From contig JABVCE010000002.1 of assembly GCA_014905635.1 (NCBI GenBank), positions 620,001 to 684,000 on the forward strand: 64,000 bases of DNA, written 5' to 3'. Positions within the stretch are counted from its first letter, which is position 1. Every line of letters starts with the position of its first letter. The stretch comes from Scenedesmus sp. PABB004. Lineage: Eukaryota. The notes below the pieces were generated by a model. It was given only the letters and a program-made list of their open reading frames with translations. It made no database searches and was not told the DNA's origin. Below are positions 12,125-23,800 of this stretch, piece by piece. A program made the translations under genes and the position numbers.

Positions 12125-13817
12125 TCACTTGACATCCACGACCGCAAAGTTGGTCGTCGCGCGCCACGAGTCGCCGGGCTTGACCGTGACGGGCTTGGCC
12201 GCGAGCGCGTTCTCCACGCACACAAAGTGCTCGTACGAGTCCTTCATCGTCGTGTGCGGGTTCCACACCACCACGTCCTCCCAGCCCGTCGCGTCGATCG
12301 ACACCGCCGCGCCTGCACCGCGCCGCGCGCCGGGGGGAGCGGGGTGTGAGCGGCGGCGCAGCGGCGCACCTCCCCGCCGCAGGCGCGCCGCCCGGGCGCC
12401 CGCTGCCCGCGCGCCGCGCGCCTGCGCGCGCGCCGCGCCGCACCCGTGCCGACCTCCAGCTCCACGTGCTCCGGCGCGGAGAGGTACACCGTGTCGACGA
12501 GCGCGTCGCCAAAGGTGATCGCGTCGCGCGACTCGGCCTTGGTCTCGGGGCTCTTGGGGTCCTTGCTCTTGTCGAGGTAGGTGAGGCCCTTGAGGCCCGT
12601 GACCTTGGCCTTGCTGATGTGCAGCACCTCAAAGTAGGTGTGCAGCGCGGACGTAAACTCAAATGGCGTGTCGCCGGTGTTGATGACGCGGAAGTCGGTG
12701 CGCAGCTGCTCGCCGTGCAGCGTCACAGTGTACACCTGGCGCACGCGGCGGCGCCCGCGGCCGCGGCGGCATGTCGGCGCGCGCCGGCACGCGTCGCGTC
12801 TCGGCGCGTCAGCGGCGCGGCGGCGCGGTGGCGCGCCGCACCGCCTTGAACTTGTGGGGCCACATCGCGAGCGTGTAGTCGTTCTCCGTCAGCACCAGCT
12901 CCACCTCGGGGTCGCGCTCGTCCGGCTGCAGGTCGGCCGACGTCGACGCGACGTCCCAGTCCAGGTTGCGCGCAAAGCCGTGCTGCTGCATCGCCCCCGG
13001 GCCAAACTGGGGGAAGCAGTGCGGCACGCCTGCGCGCGCCGCGCAGCGGGCGGTCGGCAGCGGGCGCGGCGGCGCGCGACTGCACCGCCACTGCCACCCC
13101 CGCCGCCGCCGCCGCCGCCGGCGGCGCCGGCGCCGCGCACCGCCGCTGATGGGCTTGGACTTGTCAAACACGGCGTCGGGGCGCACGTACAGCACCTCGT
13201 CGCCGCTCGCCTGCTTCCAGCTGCACACCGCGCCGCCAAAGAGGTACACCTCCGCGCTTGCGCCGCACTTGTGCTTCAGCTGCACCGTGGGCAGCCCGCC
13301 GCGGCCCTCACCAAACTCGACGCTGCCGGGGATGCCTGGGGAATCGGCGCGGCGCCGAGCGAGCGGCGGCGCGGCGTCGGCGGCCGCGCGGCGCGGCGCG
13401 GCGCGGCCGAGCGGCGCGGGAGAGGTGCGGCGAGGTCCACACGCCCCCCCGGCGCCGCGCGCACCATACTTCTTCTGCAGGTCCGCGACCGACGCCGCCG
13501 CGGCGGGGCGCACCGACGCGCGCGCCGCGCTGCCCCGGCGCACCCTGGGCGTCCCGCGGCGGGGCGGGCGGGGGCGCGTCAGGGCGGCAGCCGCGACGCC
13601 CCGCGCCCGTCGCCGCGCGGGCGCCAATGGGCGCCCCGGCGCCGGCGCGGGGGCGTGATCAGCGCCGCGCGCCGCGCCGCGCCGCCGCCGCCGCTGGCCG
13701 GGCGCCGGCGCGGCCCGGCGCGTCGGCTGCCGGTAGCGCCCCCGCGCCCGGGGGCGGCCGCACGCACCCGAAGGCGGGGCAGGCGCGCGGGGCGGTGCTG
13801 GTGCGGAGCGCCTGCAT
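12125..13817 (-). CDS. Glucose-6-phosphate 1-epimerase / aldose 1-epimerase family protein, plastid-targeted, 5 introns
   Basis: Transit-like MQALRTSTAPRACPAF. Motifs EVYLFGGAVCSWK, KPISGGVPHCFPQFG, QQHGFARN, FTSALHTYF, DVVVWNP, FVCVENA. Confidence 0.92.
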
Positions 13818-14089
13818 CTTGCGTCTGCGTGCGGCCCGGCGTGAGCGGGCGGGCGCGTGGCGAGAGTGCGGCGCGACTGGGCGCGCGCAGCGAGCGAGGT
13901 GCGGGGCGTGCTCAACTTGCGGTCCAGCGACAGCACGGCGCCTGGCGCGCTGCCTGTGGGGCCTGGCGACCGGGCGCTGCTCGCTCGCCCGTTCATTTCA
14001 CTGTGTCCGCTCATCCGTCCCGCGCGCAGCCGCACTGCTCCAGGAGAAGCGCAAGGCCAGGCCATCGCAGCGCCAGGCAAAGAAAAGCA

Positions 14090-14926
14090 ATGCAGAGCCT
14101 CCGCAGCGCGCGCGCAGCGGCAGGTGCGGCACTGGGGCGGCACGCTGGGGCGCCCGGCGTGGCGCAACGGCGCCAGGGCCCCCCCGCCGCGCCGGGAGCC
14201 GGGGCCGCTGCTGCCGTCCACGCGCGCCCGCCGCGCCCGCGCCGCGCCGCAGGCCCGCGGCCCTTCGTGGCTAGTGGCACGGTCGCGCCTCGCACCGGGC
14301 GCCTGGCGCAGCCGCGCCACGTGTGCGAGGCGGCGAGCATCCAGTTCATCAGGGGCGTGGACGAGCCCACCGTGCCTGATGTGAGCCTGCGGCGCGCCCG
14401 CACCGGCACGTCCGGGCAGGCCACGTTCGTGTTCGAGAATCCCTCCATCTTCCAGGCGTCCAGCGAGCTCGGCGACATCACGGGTGGGCGCGCGAGCAGG
14501 AGCAGCAGCGGCGGCGGCGCCGGCGGCGGCGGCGCCGGCGGCAGCGGCGGCAGCGTCGGCGGCGGCAGCAGCAGCAGCCCGCCCGCCCCGCCCAGCACTG
14601 CCCCACACCGCGCGCGCGCGCCCGCGCCTGCCCGCGCGCCAGGCCTGTTCATGGTGGACGAGGAGGGCACGCTCTCCACGACCGACGTCAAGGCCAAGTT
14701 TGTCAACGGCAAGCCGCAGGCCATCGAGGCGCGCTACAGCATGCGCAGCCAATTCGAGTGGGACCGCTTCATCCGCTTCATGGACCGGTGCGCCCCGCGG
14801 CGGCGGCGGCGGCGCCCGCAGCGCGGCCGGCCCCGGCGCGCCGCTCACGCCCCGCCGCGTGCGCGCGCGCGCAGGTACGCGGAGGCCAACGGCATGGGCT
14901 TTGAGAAGAGCGCCCCCCAGAAGTGA
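14090..14926 (+). CDS. psb28: Photosystem II assembly factor Psb28, plastid-targeted
   Basis: [77 protein letters not shown]. Confidence 0.95.
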   Translation: [278 protein letters not shown]

Positions 14927-15496
14927 GGCCGGCGCGAGGCAGCAGCAGCAGCAGCTGGCGGGGGTGGGGCAGCAGCGAGCAGGAGTGCGTGTGTGCGACA
15001 GGGTCCCGGGCGCGCCGGGACACCTGTGTGCGAGGCTCGCGGCCGAGCCGCAGCAGACGTGCGGACGGGGCCGGGCGGGCGCAGCAGGGGCGGCAGGGCC
15101 ACGGAGCGCGGCGGCGGCGCGGCCGCCGCAGCGCGCTGGGCGACGCACTGCCGGAGCGGGGAGGCTCCGTGCCTGACGGAGCGCTGCAATCGAGCGCTCC
15201 TGCGACGCCCTGTGCCCGCGCAGCGCACGCCGATCAGCCGGGACTCGCTGCCAGCTCGCGCGGGCCTCGCTGGCAGTTGTGAGTGGCGAGTGGCGGCGGC
15301 CCGACCGCTGCTGCCCGGGGCGCGCTGGGAAGCTCGGCCAGCTCCCCGGCGCTGGGAGCGAGCTGGTTCCTGGGCGGCACCGGCGGTTGGCGCCCGGTCT
15401 GCTGTTGGCGGGCGCCGGCGTCCACTCTTTAACGCGGCCCCGCCTCACCCCAGAGTTGACCCGGGAGGCACCCACACGTCCGCCGGCGCCGAAGCC

Positions 15497-18400
15497 ATGG
15501 ACCGAAAGACGCTCGGCTGCGGCGCCGTGCTGGGCGTCGCCGTGTGCGGCGCCACGGCCGCGGCGGCCTACGGCTATGATCAGTTCACCAAGCGCTACCC
15601 CGTGTACAAGCACCAGTGCGAGCTCTTCCGCGAGGTGGGCGGCGTCGGGCATCATGCGCGCTCGGCGCGCCCGCCCGGCGCAGGGAGCGCGGGGTGGGCG
15701 GCGTGACGCCGGTCGGGGGCTTTGAGGAGTACAGTGCACGCGTTGGGCCATTGCCCAGCCTGGACGGCGGCCGGACGCGCCCGCCCGCAGCTGCACGCGC
15801 ATCGCCTCCCGACAGCCTCGCCGCGCCGCGCCGGGGTGCCGACGCGCCGCGCCGCCGCGGCCGCAGTATGAGGAGGCCATGATGCCGCCGCGGGAGCGCA
15901 TGGAGGAGCTGGAGGACGACATCGTGAAGCAGGTGGGCGCCGGGGCAACAGAAGCAGCGGCGCCGCCGGGCCGCGGGCGCGGCGTGCGGCCCTGCCGGCG
16001 CAGCGGCCGCGCTGGCGCGGCGTCCCCACCTGGTGGGTCTGCTGGGACCGCGCCCGCTCAGCCGCGCGGCCGCCGGCGCCGGCCCGCGCGCGCGAGCGCA
16101 GATGCAGCTCGGGATGGACAAGGCGGGCGCCAGCAACATCCTCATGCTCCCCACCTACGTGCTCAAGCTGCCCACCGGGTGCGCGCGCGGCGAGCCGCCC
16201 GGCGCCGCCGCGTCGGCCGCGGGCCGTGCGCGCGCGCGCGCCGCCCCGCGCGCGGCAGCGAGTCCGCGCGCGCTCACGCCTTCCTCTCCCCGCGCCCGCG
16301 CGGCGCGCAGCGACGAGCGCGGCGCGTGCTACGCAATCGACATCGGCGGCACCAACTTCCGGGTCGTCTACTACAAGCTCTCGGACAAGCGCGGCGTCAT
16401 CGTGAGCCGCCGCCGCCGCCGCCGCCGCCGCCGCACGCGGGCCGCGGCAGCTGCGCTGCACCAGCTCCCCAGGTCGCCGGTCCGGCCGGCTCCCCTTCCT
16501 CAGTGCCTCGCCTGCTGACCCCCGCGTGCGCCCCTCCCCCGCCGACCCTCTTGCAGGAGGAGCAGGTGATGAAGCAGGTGGCCATCCCCAAGGAGGTCTA
16601 CACCGGCACCAGCACGCAGCTCTTTGACTTCCTCGCCCTGCAGCTGGCAGACTTCATCAAGGAGCAGGAGGCCCGACACAAGGCGCGGCGCGGCGGGGCG
16701 CGGCTATCCTCACGCAGCGCGCGGCGGCGCCGGCGCGCGCGCCGACGCCGGCGCCGCGCGCGCAGGTGGACGCCGCGACGGCGCCGGCGCCGGTGGTCGG
16801 CTTTTGCTTCAGCTTTGCGGTCGAGCAGCAGGCGCTGGACAGCGGCAAGCTTATGTGCTGGACCAAGGGCTTCAACGTCGACGGCGTGGTCGGCAAGGAC
16901 GTCGTCGCGCTGCTCTCGGGTGCGCGCCACGCCCGCACGCCGCGCCCCGGGGCGGGGCGCGGCCGGGCGGTCGCCGCGCCCTCGCGCCCGCCCGCCAATG
17001 CGTGCCCGCCGCGCTGCGCGCGCAGACGCGCTCACGCGCGCGGGCAAGCCGTGCCGCGTGCTGGCGCTCATCAACGACAGCGTCGGCGTGCTGACCGCGA
17101 GCTGTTACTTTGACCACGCGACCGAGATGGGCGTCATCCTCGGCACCGGCACCAACGCCTGCATCGTCGACAAGGCGCGGACGCCCGCGCGCCGCGCCGC
17201 GCCGCGCTGCCTGGCGACGGCGCGCGCCCCCGGGCGTGCTGCGGGCGCCGCCGCCGGCCTTGCCGGTGGGCATCTTGCTCACCTGCGCGCCTCGCGGCGG
17301 TGCCGTGCCCCGCAGGTGAGCAAGATGCCCAAGTGGCGCCCCAAGGGCGTGCCGGGCGAGACGCGCACGGCGATCAACACGGAGTGGGGCTGCTACGGCA
17401 GCGCGCTGCTGCCGCGCGTGAAGGAGGACCTCGAGCTGGACGCCGCCAGCGGCCCGCAGCAGGGTGCGCCGCGCGCACGTCGCCGCCGCCGCGGCGCACC
17501 CCGCCCGGCTCGCCCCGCCCGCTGCGGCGCCGGCGCGGGGCGCCGCCCGCCGACGCGCGCGGCGCCGCGCGCCCGCGCCCCCGCGCGCGCGCAGGCCGCA
17601 TGCTGGTTGAGAAGCTGATGAGCGGGCTCTACATGGGCGACTGCGCGCGCCGCCTGCTGCTCAGCTTTGCGCAGCGCGCCGACCTCTTTGGCGGCGACAT
17701 CCCCAACAACCTCACCGTCAAGGACTCCTTCACCACCGCGGGTGCGCCCCGGCGTGGGGCCTCGGCGGGCCGCCGCGGCGTGCCCGCGCCGCCGCGCCGC
17801 GCTCGGGGATTTGAGCCCGGGCCTCTGACCCGTTGCGGCCGGGCGGCGGCGTCGCGCAGACATGTGTGAGATTGAGAGCGACACCACGCTCGGGCGCAGC
17901 CGCGTCGCGAGCGTGCTGCAGCAGACGCTGGGGCTCTACCCCGACCACGTCAACCTCGAGACGCGCTACATGGTGCGCGCCCGGCGCAGCCGGCGGGCGG
18001 CCGGCAGCGCGCGCGCGCGCGGGCGGCGGCCGGCGCCGCGCGGCCGGCCGAGCGCGCCCGCCGCCGCTGCGCCCGCCGCGCCCCCGCAGATCCAGGCGAT
18101 CTGCCGCCTCGTGACGCGGCGCAGCGCGCGCGTCGCGGCGGGGCTGCTGGTTGCGGTGCTGCGCCTGCAGGGCTGGCTCGACGCGCCGCGCCGCCTCGTG
18201 GTCGCGGTCGACGGCGGCGTGTTCCTCAAGTACGCCAACTGGCGCACCTTCCTGGACACGTACCTGCGCGAGGCGTTTGGTGCGCGCCCGCGCGCCCGCG
18301 CGCCGCGCTCTGGGGGGCCGCGCGCCGCGCCGCGCCGCACCGCCGGGCAGCCGCCGGGCGGCCGCCGAGCGGGCGGCCGCCGCCGCCGCGCGCAGGCGCG

Positions 18401-18499
18401 CGCGCCAAGGAGCTGGTGCGGCTCATCCAGTTCAAGCCCACCGCCGACGGCTCCAGCTTTGGCGCGGCGGTGCTGGCCGCCGCGGCGGCCAGCAGCTGA
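15497..18499 (+). CDS. HXK: Hexokinase with N-terminal hydrophobic membrane anchor, 11 introns
   Basis: [74 protein letters not shown]. Confidence 0.95.
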
Positions 18500-18708
18500 C
18501 GCGGCGCGGCGGGCCGCGGGGCGCGAGGCGCCCCTGGGGCGGCTGGGGTAGGCGCAGGCGGCAGGGGGCGAGATGACCATAGACCGGGGCGACATTTCGC
18601 AGCGGGGCTTGACCGCACCGACGGCGCGCGCATTTGACTAGCTCGGCGGGGGCCGCGGGGCGGCGGCTTGGGAGCAGTGCCGGCGGCGGCACGCCTCCTG
18701 CGCATGCG

Positions 18709-18713
18709 TGTAA
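18709..18713 (+). promoter_or_regulatory. TGTAA polyadenylation signal of the hexokinase gene
   Basis: Exact TGTAA about 210 nt after the HXK stop. Confidence 0.6.
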
Positions 18714-18751
18714 CACCACCAACGCGACGCGACGGCGGCCGCTGCAACGCC

Positions 18752-20366
18752 TCACGCGCGCCCCCACGGCCAGCCCCACCAGCGCCGCCCCCGCGCCAGC
18801 GCGTGCGCGTCCGCTGCGTCCCGCTGCTCTGCCAGCGCTCGCTCCCACTTGGCCTGCAGTGCGCGCTCCAGGCGCGCCAGCTCGCGGTCCAGCGACGGCA
18901 CGCGATGCTGTGTGTGCCACCTCATAATCGCGAATGCCAGCTCTTGGTCGCGCTTGTCCATGTCTGCGCCCATACCGTGCAGGTCCACAGTGAAGTCCGT
19001 CCCCGCCACCTGCTGCCTGCGGGCACTCAGGCGCGCGATCTCCGCCTCGACCTCGGCCGCCGTCCCTGCGCCGCGGCGCGCCGTGCGTGGCGGCGCAGCG
19101 CGGCGGCGCGGCCGAGCGCGCGGGCCAGGCCGCGGGCCGGCCGCGGCGCGTGCACCGTCGAACGGCGCCGGCGGGCGGTGCCCGGACGCCAAGGACGGCC
19201 AGGCCGCGGCGCTGAAGTCGTGGCGGTCGACGGCCGCGAGCTCTGTCTCGGTGAAGCCCTCGACGTAGGCTCCGTACTGGAACAGCGCCATGTCCTGGGT
19301 CAGCCACTTCATGCTCGTGCACACGCGCGCCCCGCGCGGCACGCGCGCCCCGACCCGCCACACCCAGCACTCCCGCCCGCCGCCGCCGCCGCCGCCGGGG
19401 CAGGCCTGGAGCTTGACGGTGTTGGGGCAGCCGTTTTCGTGGTCGCCCATGTCGGCCAGGGGCACGAGCGCGGTGCGGTTGCCGTGGATAAACCCCGCAT
19501 GTCCAGCTGGCGGCGGCGCGGCGGCGGCGACCGCGCCGGCTCAGAGCGGGCGCCGTCGCCCGTGCGCGCGCCGCGCCGTGCTGTGCGCTGGGAGCGCACC
19601 ACGGCGCGCGCTGTCTGCAGCTGGAGCAGCGTCGCCGCGCTGCCCAGCGCCCCTTTGACGTAGTCCCAGTGCGCCTCGGCGGCGCGGGTGAAGTTTGCCT
19701 GGTACGCCGCCACCCAGGCCGTCAGCTCCGGCTGCAGCGCCACCTCCACAAACCTGAGCGGCACGTTGACGATCGAGCGCGCCGGCATGGGCGGCAGCGC
19801 CCGGCGGTAGGCGTAGTGGGGCTTCTCTGCCGAGCGCATGCGCAAAAGAGACCGCACCGCGTCTTTCACGACGTTGCCGCCCTGTCGCGGCCGGCGGCGG
19901 CGGCGGCACGGCGTGCGCGCGGGCGGCGGCGGGGGCGTGCGGCGCTCGCGCCGCTGCACGCGCGCACGGCGGCGGCGGCCGCCCCGCGCGCGCGCGCACG
20001 TCGAACCACAGCGCCAGATCGTTGGACACCACCACCGCCACGTCACCTGCGGTGCCGACCGCCGCTCGTCAGCTTGCAGAGGGGCAAGCTGGCGGAGCGC
20101 GCGGCGCGGCGCCCGTCGCGGCAGCGCGCGCCTGGCGGCAGGTCGCGGCCCGCCACGACCGAGAACGGGTTGTCGCCCTGCTCGCGGATTGCGACGTTGG
20201 AGCTCCCGCCTTGGCCCACCACCCAGCGCACGAGCGCGTCGCCGGCCTCGCTCGGCCGGCCCGGCAGCTCCGCCGCCGGCCGCTGCTGCCGCCCGAGCGC
20301 GCCGCCGCACGCCGCGCACGCAGCGAACACAGCCAGCGCCAGGCCTGGGCGCCTGAGCGGAGCCAT
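18752..20366 (-). CDS. SET-domain-like protein (Rubisco LSMT/SETD3 type) with signal-peptide-like N-terminus, 4 introns
   Basis: LVRWVVGQGG..VVAGRDLPPGDVAVVV, YRRALPP, ALVPLADMGDH, VPRGARVCTSMKWLTQDMALFQYG. One apparent 1-nt frameshift at about 19493-19496. Confidence 0.7.
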
Positions 20367-20806
20367 GGCCGTCGACAGAGCAGATCTGTCCGCCGCGCCA
20401 GTCGCGCGAGCCCGGGCGAGCCCCCGAGCGCGCCAAGATGGTGCTCTCGCGCTCTCGTGCGCGTCGGGCCGCCTCGAGCCGCTGGTGCGTGGGTTATGAC
20501 GTCGCGATGTCTGAGAGAAGGCCGCCTGGTGCCGCAGGCCAGGGCGCCGGCGGCGCAGGGTCCGGCGCCGAAAAGAGCGGCGGCGCAAGACCGCGCCGCG
20601 GGCCCTCCACCAGCTCGCAGACTCCGGCCGCGCGCAGGAGCTGGCTCCTACGGCACACCGCGCCGCCACCGCGAGCGCAGCGCGCCGCCGCCGCGAGCAG
20701 CGCGCCGGGCCGCTGTCCGCGCGCCGCGCGCCCTCCCCTGCTGCGCACGCGCGCCCGCACCGCGCGGCCATGCTCGCCTAGGTCGGGCCGCCCTCCCGCC
20801 GTCGCC

Positions 20807-23800
20807 ATGGACCTGGCGGAGGCGCTGGAGATGAGCGGCGCCGCCGCGGCGGCGCACGCGCACGCAGCAGCGCCCGCAGCCGCGGAGAGCGCCGGCGGCG
20901 CCGCCGCGTCCGTTGCGCAGCCGCCGGCGTACGGCGGTGCGCCGCCGCCGGTGGATTGCGCGCGCGCCGGGCGGCCGAGCCGCCTCAGCGCCAGCCTGGG
21001 CTGCGGCGGGGCCGGGCCGGGCGCGTCGCCGCCAGAGTCGCCGCAGGCGCGCGGCGCCGGTGGCGCTGGCGGCGCCGCGCGGCCGCCCAGCCTCGCCGAC
21101 ATGATGCCACACCCACAGGCCGGCGCGGCGCCGGCGAGCCCGCCCGGCGCGGCCGCGCCCTCGCCGCCCAAGCTGCCGCCGGCGCCCAGCCCTCCGCGGG
21201 CGGCGGCGGCCGCCACCGCGGGCGGCGGCAGCGACGCCAGTGATGGCGACGGCGACGACGATGACGGCTACGCGGCCAGCGGCGCCGCCGACAGCGACGC
21301 TGGCGACAGCTTCCTGGCGTCAGAGCCGGCGCCGCTGTGGTGGCGCCGGCCCGCGTGCGTCTGCGTCGCGGGGCTGCTGGCGCTGAGCGGGGGGCTCGTG
21401 GTGGCGGGGCTGGTGTGCCAGCTGGGCGTGGACGAGGCGGGGCTGGCCGCGGGGTCGCGCGCGCGCGCGGCGCGCGAAGCCTACCCCTGGTTTTTCTTCT
21501 TCTCCGCCTTCCCCCCGCTCGGCATCGCGCTGCGCTGGCTCTGCTGGCGCGCCTACTCGGTGCGCGCGCGCTTGCAGGACGGGGGAGCGCGCGGCGCGCG
21601 GAGGCCCGCCGCGCTCAGCCGCCGCCGCCGTCGCCTGTGGGCACGTGCGCGCAGGCTGCTGAGCGCACCGCGATCCGTGAGGAGCTCTATTTCATGCGCC
21701 CCCTGCGCACCAAGATCGCGGCGCTGCTCTTCTGGCTCTCGACGCTCGTGTGGTTCCAGGCGCGCGCGTGGAAGGGGGCAGGGGGGAGGGCACATGTGTA
21801 CAGCGCCCACATGACGCGCGCGGCGCGCGGCCCAGCGCCGCCACCAAGCGCCGGTGCCGCCCGGCGCGCAGGCGTGCTTTGAGTGGCTGTGGTGCCAGGA
21901 CGAGCGCTGCGCGGGGCCGACGTACCAGCGCGCCATCAGCGTGGTGTGGCGCCTCGACGTCTGCATCGCCCTCTTCTCGGCCGCGTGCTTCATCAAGTGC
22001 GCGCTCGCGCGCATGTTGAGCCTCCAGTTCTCCCGCACCGCGCACTTTGTCAAAGTGAAGCAGGCCATCGAGCGGGTGCGCGCCGCGCTGGCGCGAGCCT
22101 GCGACCCTGAGGCGCCGCCCCGCCGCGTCCGCCCACGCGACCGCGCGCGCGTGAGCCGCCGCCGCCGCGCGCGCGCGCGCGCACGCGCTGCCGCCGCGTC
22201 GTGCTCGCCAGGAGCTGTACCTCATCCGCCTGGCCAAGGCGCGGCGCACGCTGGAGCCGGAGCCGGCGCCGGCGTCGCAGGCGGGCAGCGACGGATGCGG
22301 CGGCGCGCCCGGCGGCACGCGCCGCGGCAGCGTGGCGGGCCGCGCGGGCGCGTGGCTCGCGGTCGCCGGCAGCGTGATGTGGCGGCACGGCAGCCAGGTG
22401 CTCGGCAGCGGCCGGCGCGGCAGCGAAGGCCGCCTGCAGGAGCTGCCTCCGCCGGCGGGCGGCGGCGACGACGTCGACGGCGCGGCGCCGGGCGCGCCCT
22501 GCTGCGGCAGCGCGCCCGGGCAGGGCTCACTCGATGTGATGCCCAGCCCGCCCGGCGGCTCGCTCGCGGGCCCCGCTGGCGCGGGGCCGGCCACTTGCAA
22601 GCAGGCCATCCAGGAGACCAGCCGCGACGGCAGCTGCGCCGACGGCAACTGCTGCGAGGGCGTGACCGCCTTTGTGCAGCTCGGCGGCGGCGCCGCCGGC
22701 GGGCGCGTGCCCGCCAGCGGCGGCGGGAAGCTCAAGCGCTGCGCCAGCAAGGCCACGCCGCGCCAGGCGAGGCCACCCCGCGGCGGCGAGGGGCGGCAGC
22801 CCAGCTTTGAGCACTTCCTCGCGGCCCGCGTGCCCTCGCTGCTCGGCCCCGGCGCGGCCGGCGGCCGCTCGCGCCCGGGCAGCCGCGCGAGCCGCGCCGG
22901 CGCCGGCGCCGCGCGCCTCGGCAGCCGCGCCACCCTGCGCGCCGACAGCCGCGTGTCCCTGCCGGGCATGGTGCCGGGCGTGGACGGCCTGCTGCTGCAG
23001 CCCGAGGTGCTGGAGGAGGTCGCGCTCGCGGCGCGCGAGCAGGGGCGGGCCAGCGACCCCGCCATGCCCGTGAGCGAGGAGGAGCTGGACCGCATGCGCA
23101 AGGCGCTCGGCGTCAACACCTTTGGCACCTTTGTGGACCGGTGCGCACCCGCCGCGCCGTGCTGCGCGGGCTGCGCGCGCCGGGCGGGGGCTTGCTGCCG
23201 CCCCGCGTGCGCCCGTGCACCCACCCGACCGCCCTGCGCGCCGCCGCCGCCGCCGCCGCGGCCACGCCGTCCCCGGCCCTGTCTGTCCAGCTATCTGGGC
23301 ATGACGCCCAAGGAGGAGGCGGCGCACGTGCGGCATGTCAAGCGCTTCGCCAAGGGCCTGTTTGCCAACATCCGGGGCGACGCGGAGCGGGACCACCTGC
23401 TGCCGGCCGACTTCACGATCTTCTTCGCCGGCGACGCCGAGGTGGCGGACGACGCGTTCCAGTACTTTGACCGCAACGGCGACGGCAGGCGCGGGGGGCG
23501 GCGCGGGGGAATGGGGGGGGGGGGGGGGGGGGGGGCGGCGCGGGGGCGGCGGGCCGCCGCCGCCAGGGGCGCGAGGCACGCGCGCGCACGCGCCGACGCG
23601 CGTCGCGCGCCGCCCCCGCGCGGCGCGCGCCGCCCCCGCGCGGCGCCGCCGCGCAGCATCAGCTGCAGCGAGCTGCAGGAGAGCGCGGTGGAGATGCTGT
23701 GCGAGCGCAAGAACATCGCGGCCAGCATCAAGGACACCGACAGCGTCGTCGACAGGCGCGGCGCGCGGCGCGCGCGGCGCACAGGGGCCCCCGCCGCGGC

